Below are positions 18,145-26,925 of a DNA stretch of 64,000 bases, one piece after another (position 1 is the first letter of the stretch; each line of letters starts with the position of its first letter). This stretch comes from Flavobacteriales bacterium. GTDB lineage: Bacteria; Bacteroidota; Bacteroidia; CAIKAF01. The notes under the pieces are model-generated. The model was not told the DNA's origin, did not search any database, and saw nothing but the letters and a program-made list of their open reading frames with translations. The position numbers and the translations under genes were made by a program. The stretch is from positions 5,191 to 69,190 of the forward strand of contig JBEIQI010000001.1 in assembly GCA_040376605.1 (NCBI GenBank), given 5' to 3'.

Positions 18145-19056
18145 ATGAAATATTTTGCAGGAATAGATATAGGAGGCACAAATTCAACATTAGGAATCAT
18201 CAATGAGAATGGTGAGGTTATTGAAACACATCATTTCTCAACACGTAAATATGAGACTCCGGAAAGTTTTGTAGATGATGTGGGGGATAAACTAATTGAA
18301 TTGCGCAATACATATGCATTGGAAGGGGTGGGTATTGGAGCTCCTAACGGAAATTATTATACGGGTTGTATTGAATTTGCACCTAATCTTCCATGGAAGG
18401 GGAAAATAGCTTTGTCGGTACTCTTTACACAAAAAACCAATCTTATTTGTAAGGTAACCAACGATGCCAATGCAGCGGCGGTGGGGGAAATGAAATTTGG
18501 AGGTGCTGTGGGCATGAAGAATTTTATTTTAGTAACCCTGGGGACAGGCGTAGGAAGTGGAATTGTAGTAGATGGTAATATTGTATTGGGGCATGATGGT
18601 TTTGCGGGTGAATTAGGACATACCATTGTATTGCCAGCAGGAAGAGAATGTGGATGTAATAGGCAAGGTTGTTTAGAAACGTATTGCTCGGCCGGCGGAA
18701 TTAAAAAAACCTATTTCGAAATTTCTGGGAAGGAGTTAGAACAAGGTAAAAAAATAGATTACTTATCGGAATTGGCTGCTCAGGGCGACAAAGATGCCTT
18801 GGCTACTTTCGAAATAACAGGACAAATTCTTGGATTGGCATTAGCAAATGTATCTGCATTAACATCCCCGGAGGCTATCTTTTTATTTGGTGGCCCTTTG
18901 CATTGTGGCGAATATTTAGTGGAACCTATTAAGAAGTATTTTATTAAAAACCTATTAAGCATTTATCAAGGCAAGATTAAAATATTAACTTCATGGTTAC
19001 CAATGAATCATGCCGCTATTTTGGGTGCAGCTTCGTTGGTGAAAGAACCACATTAA
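18145..19056 (+). CDS. ROK family sugar kinase (glucokinase / N-acetylglucosamine kinase type)
   Basis: 303 aa. N-terminal GIDIGGTNSTLGI (ATPase motif) and zinc-binding GHTIVLPAGRECGCNRQGCLETYCS (ROK CxCGxxGCxE). 6 nt after the transporter gene. Confidence 0.8.
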   Translation: MKYFAGIDIGGTNSTLGIINENGEVIETHHFSTRKYETPESFVDDVGDKLIELRNTYALEGVGIGAPNGNYYTGCIEFAPNLPWKGKIALSVLFTQKTNLICKVTNDANAAAVGEMKFGGAVGMKNFILVTLGTGVGSGIVVDGNIVLGHDGFAGELGHTIVLPAGRECGCNRQGCLETYCSAGGIKKTYFEISGKELEQGKKIDYLSELAAQGDKDALATFEITGQILGLALANVSALTSPEAIFLFGGPLHCGEYLVEPIKKYFIKNLLSIYQGKIKILTSWLPMNHAAILGAASLVKEPH

Positions 19057-19066
19057 TTTTCTCTTT

Positions 19067-20068
19067 ATGAAATCACGACGTAGCTTTTTAAAAAAGCTAG
19101 GGCTTTCAGTAGCCGCGATACCATTGGCACCTGCCATGGTAAAAGCTGATGCTTTTGAAGATAATCCGCAAGAAAATATTATAGGAAAAATAAATAAACC
19201 AATTATACTATCTACTTGGCCCTTTGGTCAAATTGCAAATCAGGCTGGTTGGGATATTCTTTCAAAAGGAGGATCCGCATTAGATGCAGTAGAAAGTACC
19301 GCCAAATTCGTAGAGGCCGATCTTACCCAAAAATCCGTTGGATTAGGTGCATTGCCGGATAGAGATGGATATGTTACCCTGGACGCTTGTATAATGGATG
19401 AAAAAGGTAATTGTGGTTCGGTGATGTTTTTAGAAAATATTTTGCATCCGATTTCGGTAGCTCGAATGGTAATGGAAAAAACCCCACATGTGCAAATTGT
19501 TGGATCCGGGGCTCTTCAATTTGCCTTAGAAAATGGATTTACTAAACACGATGCCCCTACCGAAAGTTCTAAAAAGGAATGGCAAGATTGGGTGAAGAAA
19601 AACAATTATACACCTCAACACGGAATAGATAATCATGATACCATTGGCGTAATTGCGATGGATGAAAAGGGGAACTTATCCGGGGCTTGTACTACCAGTG
19701 GAATGGCCTTTAAAATGAGAGGCCGTGTAGGTGATTCCCCAATTATCGGGGCCGGACTTTTTGTAGACAACGAAGTGGGTGCAGCAACCGCTACAGGCAC
19801 TGGTGAAGAAGTGGTTAGAATTTGTGGAACCCATTTAGTAGTAGAATTAATGCGTCAGGGATATTCGCCCTCTGATGCTTGTAAAGAAGCAACGAATAGA
19901 ATTATCAAAAAAAGCCCGAAGTATACCAAGGATATGATTGTAGGTTTTTTAGCAATCAATAAAAAGGGTGAATACGGAGCATATTCTACACGGAAGGGAT
20001 TTTCATATGGTGTTTATGACCAGTCGGGAACAGTCTTAAAGGATGCCCAATTTATTGAACCAGAATAA
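19067..20068 (+). CDS. N4-(beta-N-acetylglucosaminyl)-L-asparaginase / isoaspartyl peptidase (Ntn-hydrolase, asparaginase-2 family) with Tat signal
   Basis: 333 aa. Twin-arginine signal MKSRRSFLKKLGLSVAAIPLAPA. Autoproteolytic site HDTIGVIAMD (Thr nucleophile), ...GAGLFVDNEVGAATATGTGEEV... is typical of glycosylasparaginases. Confidence 0.75.
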   Translation: MKSRRSFLKKLGLSVAAIPLAPAMVKADAFEDNPQENIIGKINKPIILSTWPFGQIANQAGWDILSKGGSALDAVESTAKFVEADLTQKSVGLGALPDRDGYVTLDACIMDEKGNCGSVMFLENILHPISVARMVMEKTPHVQIVGSGALQFALENGFTKHDAPTESSKKEWQDWVKKNNYTPQHGIDNHDTIGVIAMDEKGNLSGACTTSGMAFKMRGRVGDSPIIGAGLFVDNEVGAATATGTGEEVVRICGTHLVVELMRQGYSPSDACKEATNRIIKKSPKYTKDMIVGFLAINKKGEYGAYSTRKGFSYGVYDQSGTVLKDAQFIEPE

Positions 20069-20074
20069 TTCCTG

Positions 20075-20404
20075 ATGATTAGCTGGGAAGATTTCGAAAA
20101 ACTAGATATTCGGGTAGGAACTGTTATCGAAGTAAAGGATTTTCCTGAAGCCCGAAACCCTTCGTATCAATTGCAAATTGATTTTGGAGAGTTAGGGATC
20201 AAAAAATCGTCTGCACAAATCACCCACTTATATTCCAAAGAAAATTTATTGAATCAACAAATAATAGCTGTGGTTAATTTCCCACACAAACAAATCGGCA
20301 AATTTATGAGTGAATGTTTGGTATTGGGTATTTATGGAGAACAACATCAGGTAACTCTCATCCAACCTGAAAGAAGGGTGAATAATGGAAGTAAAATTGG
20401 ATAG
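20075..20404 (+). CDS. tRNA-binding protein (CsaA/YgjH, EMAP/Myf OB-fold domain)
   Basis: 109 aa. MISWEDFEKLDIRVGTVIEVKDFPEARNPSYQLQIDFGELG...SSAQI is the tRNA-binding domain signature. Confidence 0.7.
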   Translation: MISWEDFEKLDIRVGTVIEVKDFPEARNPSYQLQIDFGELGIKKSSAQITHLYSKENLLNQQIIAVVNFPHKQIGKFMSECLVLGIYGEQHQVTLIQPERRVNNGSKIG

Positions 20405-20479
20405 TATTTAGGATTATTCCAGCATTTTAAACAAAAATAATTGAATAGTTTTACGTTATTATCAAACTAAAAATATCAA

Positions 20480-20776
20480 ATGAGTAAAGTAAATCCAGAA
20501 ATGGAGATTTTAAAATGGATTCAAAAGAAAGGAAAACTCCAAATCGAAAATAATGAGGAGTTTTATATCACCTTGGAATATTCTTCTGAAAAATTTATTT
20601 ATAGATTTGGTGATACCTCCACTCAAAAAGATTCGGAAGTAAAAGAAATGAAAGGGCCGGAGGCGCTGATATATTTTCAATCGCATATAGTAAGCAGAGC
20701 CAAATCAAAAGATAAATTATCGTTGAAGAGTACCGAACAAGTATGGAACTATATAAAAAACAATTCGTATATCTAA
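20480..20776 (+). CDS. Hypothetical small protein
   Basis: 98 aa ORF, no recognisable family. Confidence 0.3.
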   Translation: MSKVNPEMEILKWIQKKGKLQIENNEEFYITLEYSSEKFIYRFGDTSTQKDSEVKEMKGPEALIYFQSHIVSRAKSKDKLSLKSTEQVWNYIKNNSYI

Positions 20777-20791
20777 TTCTTGAATGATAGA

Positions 20792-21550
20792 ATGAAGAAG
20801 ACGTTATCAACCACCATTTTCTTTTTACTTGTTGCTAGTTTTGCCGTAGCTCAATCCATTTATAAGGATGCCCGCACTGGCATTACCATTTCCTTTATTA
20901 CCGATGCAGAAATGTACCCTGAAAGTTGGAGAGGAGGAGCCATCAAGGGTGAAGCAACCTCGTTGGCGGAAACAGAATATGAACGTTCTAAAAGTATCGT
21001 TAATAATGCATTAAATAAATATCCGGTGGAAGTATTAACCGAACATATTAAGAAGGTGTATGTATTGGATGAGATCCGTTTTTATGGGCTTCGTTATGGT
21101 GGTACTAATTCCTTAGATGCAGTTTATATTTCAAATAGAGGGCTTAATAGTGGATATACCGATCGTTATGTAGAGCAACTTTTCCATGCAGAGTTTTCAA
21201 GTATTCTATTAAGAAATTTATCTTATCACCTAAATCAAACTACTTGGGAGGCTTGTAATGACGAATCATTTACCTATGGAGGTTCTGGCATGGAAGCTAT
21301 TAAAAATAAAAAAGCAGGGGAGGATTTCGATCCCGATTTTCATCGGCTTGGATTGTTAAATCAATATGCTTCTTCTAATTTCGAGAACGACGTAAATTCA
21401 TTTGCCAAAAATATATTTAACCCTAAGCCTGGTTTTTGGGATGCTATTGATCAATACCCCAGACTTCAATGCAAAATACAATTGATCATTTCTTTTTATA
21501 GTCAAATAGATCCCAGCTTTAACGAGGAGTATTTTAAAAAATGGAAGTGA
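20792..21550 (+). CDS. Hypothetical secreted protein
   Basis: Track ORF starts at 20780. The likely start is MKKTLSTTIFFLLVASFAVAQS (signal peptide). No family recognised. Confidence 0.45.
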   Translation: MKKTLSTTIFFLLVASFAVAQSIYKDARTGITISFITDAEMYPESWRGGAIKGEATSLAETEYERSKSIVNNALNKYPVEVLTEHIKKVYVLDEIRFYGLRYGGTNSLDAVYISNRGLNSGYTDRYVEQLFHAEFSSILLRNLSYHLNQTTWEACNDESFTYGGSGMEAIKNKKAGEDFDPDFHRLGLLNQYASSNFENDVNSFAKNIFNPKPGFWDAIDQYPRLQCKIQLIISFYSQIDPSFNEEYFKKWK

Positions 21551-21585
21551 TAGATGATAAAGAGTAATGTATATTGAGGCACATC

Positions 21586-21972
21586 TTATTGTACTTTATT
21601 TCCAGTAAAACCAATGGTAGTTCCCGGAGTAACATATTGCCAGGTAAGAATACCAAAATCCGAAGTAGTGGTGCCACTTAAAGTTCCTGTAACGTCCGCT
21701 TTATTTAAACTATAACCACCACTGATGGCTTGAAAACCAATATTGGTTAATTGAACATTCGCTCCACCACTGAAAGAATAGGTAAGTTCAATGGTAGTAT
21801 CGCCTGTAGCATACAAATAGCTGGTAGCGCCACCCGAACTGGCTCCCATGGTATAACTTCCCAAATAACTTTTGCTGCCTAATTTACCGCCAGGGGTTGA
21901 TGGATCAGCAACACATGCTACCAAAAAACTAATGGCCAATATTCCAATAAACCCTAAAAAAGTTGATTTCAT
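21586..21972 (-). CDS. Hypothetical lipoprotein (Gly/Thr/Ser-rich)
   Basis: 128 aa. Lipobox-like ...SFLVAC after a signal peptide. Low-complexity G/T/S-rich body. Confidence 0.45.
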   Translation of the reverse strand: MKSTFLGFIGILAISFLVACVADPSTPGGKLGSKSYLGSYTMGASSGGATSYLYATGDTTIELTYSFSGGANVQLTNIGFQAISGGYSLNKADVTGTLSGTTTSDFGILTWQYVTPGTTIGFTGNKVQ

Positions 21973-22074
21973 GATGGTGAGTTTTCATTAAAAATAGACA
22001 ATAGGGTTGGAAATTGCAAACCTTATAATAGCCGGCACTATATTTAACTTATCCTTGTAGCCTTTGTTTATACC

Positions 22075-22848
22075 TTAATGGTCTGCTGTTTTCGATTTAC
22101 TAAACAGGCTTTTTACTTTAACCGCAGGAACCCATAATTTGGATAAAACATATTTGCCTAAACCTTGGTTAGTAGATACATGCCATTCAGTGGTACGAGG
22201 GCTTTCTTTGGGTTGTTCATGCAAGGTATATGCATAGGCTGCTATAGATGTTCGGTACGAACCTTCAGGAAAATTAATTGGGTCATATCCATGCAAGGTA
22301 TAACTACGACAATGCATAATTGCTAACCGATTAAATGGTACATCTACCTCGGTTTTTTTACCCGTACGTTTATCTTCCAATCTTAATTCACCCCCATATT
22401 CTTTTTGCCAATCTTTGTTGATATACAATAATAAATTTAAATTCCTAAACCAGTTATGGTGTAAGGGGTGATAATTAAAATCTGCATGCATATCCAAAAA
22501 GCTTCCTTTACGACCCTGATGGATTCCACCACCATAAAACGCTGGATCAATAAAAACATCCTCATTGGTAAAATAGCAGAGCCATTTTTTAAATCTATCG
22601 CTGGTAAGATCTTGATAGAGTTCTTCAAATACTCCTCCTAATTCTTTATAGTGAGATTTTTCGTATTTGTTTTTAGCAAAAACATAATCAGCACTGGGGG
22701 TATTAATTTGTGGTATGGAATGGTATAGTTCTAATAATTTTTCGGGTTCACATAAACCATCAATACCAATATGAGGAAAGGGCTGAGCCGATAAAAAATC
22801 TTCTCTAAATTTTTCCTGGTTAGCTTCTAAATAATCAAAACGTATCAA
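22075..22848 (-). CDS. 2-oxoglutarate/Fe(II)-dependent oxygenase (PhyH/prolyl-hydroxylase-like fold)
   Basis: 257 aa. A His-x-Asp...His facial triad is plausible from FLDMHADFNYHPLHH ... H, and an Arg-containing C-terminal strand. Assigned by motif only. Confidence 0.55.
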   Translation of the reverse strand: MIRFDYLEANQEKFREDFLSAQPFPHIGIDGLCEPEKLLELYHSIPQINTPSADYVFAKNKYEKSHYKELGGVFEELYQDLTSDRFKKWLCYFTNEDVFIDPAFYGGGIHQGRKGSFLDMHADFNYHPLHHNWFRNLNLLLYINKDWQKEYGGELRLEDKRTGKKTEVDVPFNRLAIMHCRSYTLHGYDPINFPEGSYRTSIAAYAYTLHEQPKESPRTTEWHVSTNQGLGKYVLSKLWVPAVKVKSLFSKSKTADH

Positions 22849-23070
22849 ATCATAAATATTTTAGGAAATCAAAAATCCAATAAATTTTACCAATAAAAGA
22901 TGATTTTTATCAGGCTTTAGCAAGGTTAAATCACTACTTACTGGCTTTGATATTAATTTTTTTGAGTTAATCTCTGAGAATTGATTAAGGGTTATGTCTA
23001 TTTACTGAACTCCATTAATTTTAGTATGTTTAGTCTCAATATTTAAGTTAATTACCATTCTATAAATTCA

Positions 23071-23871
23071 ATGATGATGCAATTAATTTCTCTTTTAAGT
23101 TTTAATGAGATTAGTACCACCACCATAACCATTATCCTATTTGTTTTGCTCACTCTTCTCTATTTTGCTGGGTTTAAGCTAAAACGATGGTTTATAAAAC
23201 GAGGCACGGTGGAAGAAAATAGCGGATTGGGTATTGTAGAAGGAGCCTTGCTTAGTTTGTTTGGTTTATTTATTGGTTTTACATTTAGCATGGCTTCTTC
23301 TAGATTCGATCATCGACGCGAAACTATTATTGCGGAAGCCAATAATATTGGTACGGCTATTTTGAGGACAGATCTTTATCCGGATAGTGCCAGAACTGAA
23401 ATAAGATCACATTTAAAATTATATTTAGAATATAGGATTGCCTATTATGATGCTGTCGTTGATGAATCACTAATTAAGGCTTCGCTGGAGGGGGCTAATA
23501 AGGAGTCAGGAATTATTTGGAACATCATTACTTCCCTAGGTAAAAATCCAGAAAATAGAGAGGCCACATTATTAATGGTTCCTGCTTTAAATGAAATGAT
23601 TGATATAGTCACCACTCGTGAATCTGCCAAAAATGGCAGGGTTCCCACCTCTGTACTCTGGGTGTTAATTGTTTTGAGTTTATGCTCTAGCTTTATTGCT
23701 GGATATGGTACCCGAGGTAAAAGTATTAACTATGTAGTGAGCTTGTTTTTTATCGTTATGATTACCAGTTCTATTTATCTCATCATTGATTTAGATCGAC
23801 CACGAAGAGGTTTGATTAATACGGATGATGCGAATAATAAAATTATTGAGTTAAGGGAAATGTTTAAATAA
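23071..23871 (+). CDS. Hypothetical membrane protein (DUF4239-like architecture)
   Basis: 266 aa, TM segments at both ends, conserved-looking C-terminal ...IIDLDRPRRGLINTDD. Confidence 0.4.
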   Translation: MMMQLISLLSFNEISTTTITIILFVLLTLLYFAGFKLKRWFIKRGTVEENSGLGIVEGALLSLFGLFIGFTFSMASSRFDHRRETIIAEANNIGTAILRTDLYPDSARTEIRSHLKLYLEYRIAYYDAVVDESLIKASLEGANKESGIIWNIITSLGKNPENREATLLMVPALNEMIDIVTTRESAKNGRVPTSVLWVLIVLSLCSSFIAGYGTRGKSINYVVSLFFIVMITSSIYLIIDLDRPRRGLINTDDANNKIIELREMFK

Positions 23872-23879
23872 AAACCCTA

Positions 23880-24621
23880 CTATGCTCTGGAGAGAAGTCT
23901 TCCAATAATCATTACCTCGAATAAGTGAGTAAAAATAGATTCGATGGCCATGCTATTTCTAACAAAAGGAGCAAATGTACCCTCTGGAGGGTCCATAGAT
24001 GCTACCACATATCCGCTATGGATATAACAGGTATTATAGAGTTTTGAAATGTTAGCATCCGAAACAACAGAGTTAGGGAACACGATGCCCATTACCGCAT
24101 AAATAAAGGTAAATAGGATGATAATAAGCAGAAATATATTTGCGGCCCCCAGCAATGCATCTTTAATCTTTAAGCGTTCACCAAATACATCTGTTACGGC
24201 TTCGTAAAAACTGGTAAAGATCATAATTAAGGTTACGGTAGTAGAAAATCCCAGAATAACACGGTATGTTTGGAAATTGGTTTTTTCTAATCCACTTATA
24301 GTGGCAATAAATATTACAACTGTGGCAACTGTTAATGCGGTAGCTAATACATAAAAATACCAACGTCGATTAATAAAATGATAAAAGGAAAAATAATGAC
24401 ACCGTGGTTAAGGACAATGAGAAAAAAAGATCCATAAACGCAGCGGTGGTTTCGCTGATTAGGTAATTACCAGTACGAGCAGCGGGTACAATAAAAACAT
24501 TGGAAAATAAACTGAGTGATTGACATACCAACAGCCAAATATATAAAGGTACGCGACGCTGATCTATTTTGGGATGTGTACTAGAGGCCATGAATAAAAA
24601 TTGATAGTTAAAGATATACAT
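23880..24621 (-). pseudogene. Polytopic membrane protein (possible ion-channel/pore-loop family) interrupted by a 1-nt frameshift at an A7 tract
   Basis: Track ORFs 24370-24621 (N-terminal part, frame 0) and 23880-24224 (C-terminal part, another frame). The second frame is open from 24457 down to 23880 and hydrophobic. Inserting one T into the T7/A7 run at 24422-24428 joins ...AAFMDLFF to LIVLNHGVIIFPFIILLIDVGYFYVLATALTV..., giving one protein of about 247 aa. ORF 24178-24363 is wrong-frame junk. Confidence 0.6.
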
Positions 24622-24802
24622 TTATTCGAATTTGCACTTGGTTGAAGCGGTAACACCCTGCAAGCTTAAAGTTGCACTCCTTTGGCGTCTAGAGCCAAGG
24701 ATGAGCTCTTTACTCGGTTAGTAGCCGGCTTTTAGTAAAGGCTGTTTTTTGTAAACCAGGTAACACAGTCTTCCCCAATTTATTTGGTACTGTTTTTGTA
24801 CC

Positions 24803-24810
24803 TTTGGGGT
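24803..24810 (+). promoter_or_regulatory. Bacteroidetes -7 element TAccTTTG upstream of the OM beta-barrel gene
   Basis: TAnnTTTG match 17 nt upstream of the ATG at 24827. Confidence 0.45.
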
Positions 24811-24826
24811 ATACGAAACTTATAAC

Positions 24827-25489
24827 ATGAAAAAAGCCCTATTTATTTTTGTTCTAATTTGCGCTACCGCCGCAAAAAGTTTTGCCCAAATGCCTCGTCA
24901 TGAAATTGGGATTGAAGCTGGACCTAGTTATACCAATATGTTTGGTACTGATTTTTTAAAATTAGAAAGCGGTAGAGTAGGTTTTTTAACCGGTCTGACC
25001 TATCAATATAACTTCCCCAAATTTTTCAGTATCAGAACTGGTTTTGCCATTGAACAGAAAGGGGCATACAATACATTAGATTATACTGATACTTCGGGTA
25101 ATGTATATGGATCCGGAAGTTATGTACGAAATATCAATTATTTTTCGTTGCCCGTATTAATGCGTTTTAGTTTTGGTAAAAAGGCAAAGTTCTTTGTAAA
25201 TGCCGGCGGCTATATGGGATTTATTTTTGATTCGAATGTTCGTTTGGTAGATCCAAATGGGATTGTTACGGTACAAGGGTTTGATTTAAATAGATTTGAA
25301 GTGGGCGCAACCTTGGGAATTGGAGGCATGTTTACGATTTTAAAACGATTGAATCTATCTCTTGAAGTAAGGGATAACCTAGGGTTATATAATTTAGGAA
25401 AAGGTGGAAACTTGGGAAGCGGTGACGCTATGACCAACTCGTTATATGGCTTGGTTGGGGTAAGTTATAATATTGGTTTAAGAAAATAA
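24827..25489 (+). CDS. Outer membrane beta-barrel protein (OmpA-N/porin-like 8-10 strand barrel)
   Basis: 220 aa. Signal MKKALFIFVLICATAAKSFAQ, alternating hydrophobic beta pattern, C-terminus ...GLVGVSYNIGLRK. Confidence 0.65.
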   Translation: MKKALFIFVLICATAAKSFAQMPRHEIGIEAGPSYTNMFGTDFLKLESGRVGFLTGLTYQYNFPKFFSIRTGFAIEQKGAYNTLDYTDTSGNVYGSGSYVRNINYFSLPVLMRFSFGKKAKFFVNAGGYMGFIFDSNVRLVDPNGIVTVQGFDLNRFEVGATLGIGGMFTILKRLNLSLEVRDNLGLYNLGKGGNLGSGDAMTNSLYGLVGVSYNIGLRK

Positions 25490-25508
25490 TTGATAAAATT
25501 AATTTTAC

Positions 25509-25550
25509 ATAGCCTATCCATTTTATGGGTAGGCTTTTTTATTGTTACTT
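25509..25550 (+). terminator. Rho-independent terminator (10-bp stem with one G-U, then T-run)
   Basis: agcctatcca-tttta-tgggtaggct followed by tttttatt. The G-U wobble is only valid on the plus strand. Confidence 0.75.
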
Positions 25551-25688
25551 TAAATTTTGGAGTCCAAATGCATTTTTTATTAAGTTATTTGTTATTGCAC
25601 CCTTTAAGAAATTTGAGGATACGAAGTTGTCTGCAATAAATTATATTAGTTTTGATTAAATTACAAGTTTTAGAATATTTGTTATACG

Positions 25689-26279
25689 ATGAATGTTGCA
25701 AATAACTTTACCACTTTTAAAAACTGGCTTACTCAAGTTTCTTTTTTGAAACCTGAGGATTGTGATATTTTTGAACCTTTCTTAATTACCCAAAAATTTG
25801 AAGAGAAGGAGTTTTTTAATACAGAGGGAAAGGTCTGCAAGGAAATTGGATTTATTAATTCGGGGGCATTTAGAACATTTTATTTGGTTGATGGTAAAGA
25901 AATAAATACTCAGTTTTGTTTCGAAAATCAATTTATAGTGGATTATGATAGTTTCTTAAATAATAAGCCAAGTAGATATTTTATTCAGGCATTGGAGCCA
26001 ACAGAAATTGTAAGTTTTAATTTGGCTGCACTGCAGAGTGCTTATGAACAATCTCAGAACTGGGAAAGATTGGGGAGAGTGATGGCGGAGCAATCTTTTA
26101 CTTACACTACACAGCGTGTAGAAAGTTTTATGTTTCTTGATGGTGAGCAGCGATATCTTCAATTAGTTAAAAATGAACCTGAAATATTTAATAGGGTTCC
26201 ACTTTATCATATAGCATCCTACATTGGTTTGGAAAGGGAAAGCTTGAGTCGATTGAGAAAAAAAATTGCCGGTAAATAA
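25689..26279 (+). CDS. Crp/Fnr family transcriptional regulator (cNMP-binding domain plus C-terminal HTH)
   Basis: 196 aa. The beta-roll region (GFINSGAFRTFYLVDGKEINTQF) and C-terminal HTH (RVPLYHIASYIGLERESLSRLRKK) are typical of short Bacteroidetes Crp-like regulators. Confidence 0.75.
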   Translation: MNVANNFTTFKNWLTQVSFLKPEDCDIFEPFLITQKFEEKEFFNTEGKVCKEIGFINSGAFRTFYLVDGKEINTQFCFENQFIVDYDSFLNNKPSRYFIQALEPTEIVSFNLAALQSAYEQSQNWERLGRVMAEQSFTYTTQRVESFMFLDGEQRYLQLVKNEPEIFNRVPLYHIASYIGLERESLSRLRKKIAGK

Positions 26280-26314
26280 CGAATGTAACATTTGTTAATT
26301 TTAAAGTGTTTGGG

Positions 26315-26349
26315 CATGTTCATCTTTGTACCATAAAACAATGAACATG
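26315..26349 (+). promoter_or_regulatory. 9-bp perfect inverted repeat CATGTTCAT-N17-ATGAACATG bracketing the start codon of the quinone reductase gene; candidate operator
   Basis: Seen directly in the sequence. It lies immediately downstream of the Crp/Fnr regulator gene and overlaps the translation start of the next gene. Confidence 0.35.
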
Positions 26350-26925
26350 AAAAACATATTGATTATTAACGGTCACCCAAATACCAATAGCTTTAATGCA
26401 TCATTGGTGAATGCCTACAAAACTGGTTCAATTAAAGCAGGGGCTCAAGTAAAGGAAATTGTAATAGCAGATTTAAAATTCAATCCAAATTTGGCGCATG
26501 GTTATCAAAAGAGGACAGAACTCGAACCTGATCTATTAGAAAGTTGGAGCAAAATTCAATGGGCAAATCATTTGGTTTGGGTACATCCTGTTTGGTGGGG
26601 CGGATTGCCAGCAATTACAAAAGGATTTATTGATCGTGTTTTTCTGCCAGGGTTTGCTTTTTCTTATAAGGAAAACTCAGTTTGGTGGGAGAAACATTTA
26701 ACCAATAAAACGGCTCATATTATCACTACATTGGATCAACCCAGCTGGTATTATCGGATGGCTTATGGCAGGCCTAGCGTAAACCAACTTAAAAAATCAA
26801 CTCTAGAATTTTGTGGAGTAAAGCCAGTGAAAGTTACCTATATTGGTCCAATTAGAAATTCTAAGGAGAATTTTAGAATTCAGAAAATAGCTCAAGTAGA
26901 AAAACTCGGCCTATTGCTTAAATAA
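26341..26925 (+). CDS. NAD(P)H dehydrogenase (quinone), flavodoxin-like fold (Flavodoxin_2 / MdaB-KefF type)
   Basis: Track ORF 26326 (TTG). ATG at 26341 gives MNMKNILIINGHPNTNSFNASLVNAY...WANHLVWVHPVWWGGLPAITKGFIDRVF, the classic NQO/MdaB motif. Confidence 0.75.
   Translation: MNMKNILIINGHPNTNSFNASLVNAYKTGSIKAGAQVKEIVIADLKFNPNLAHGYQKRTELEPDLLESWSKIQWANHLVWVHPVWWGGLPAITKGFIDRVFLPGFAFSYKENSVWWEKHLTNKTAHIITTLDQPSWYYRMAYGRPSVNQLKKSTLEFCGVKPVKVTYIGPIRNSKENFRIQKIAQVEKLGLLLK

Noticed and set aside
24178-24363. 61-aa ORF (MVFLCISYRINSCHSCNIY...) listed in the track
   Set aside because: Cys/Tyr/Asn-rich nonsense typical of a wrong frame. It overlaps the genuine open frame of the membrane-protein gene on the same strand.
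24622-24706. Fluoride (crcB) riboswitch upstream of the frameshifted channel-like gene
   Set aside because: The reverse-complement sequence lacks the GGnGAUGGnGUUCnCC…CUnAUGA conserved core. Only a generic GC-rich hairpin is present.
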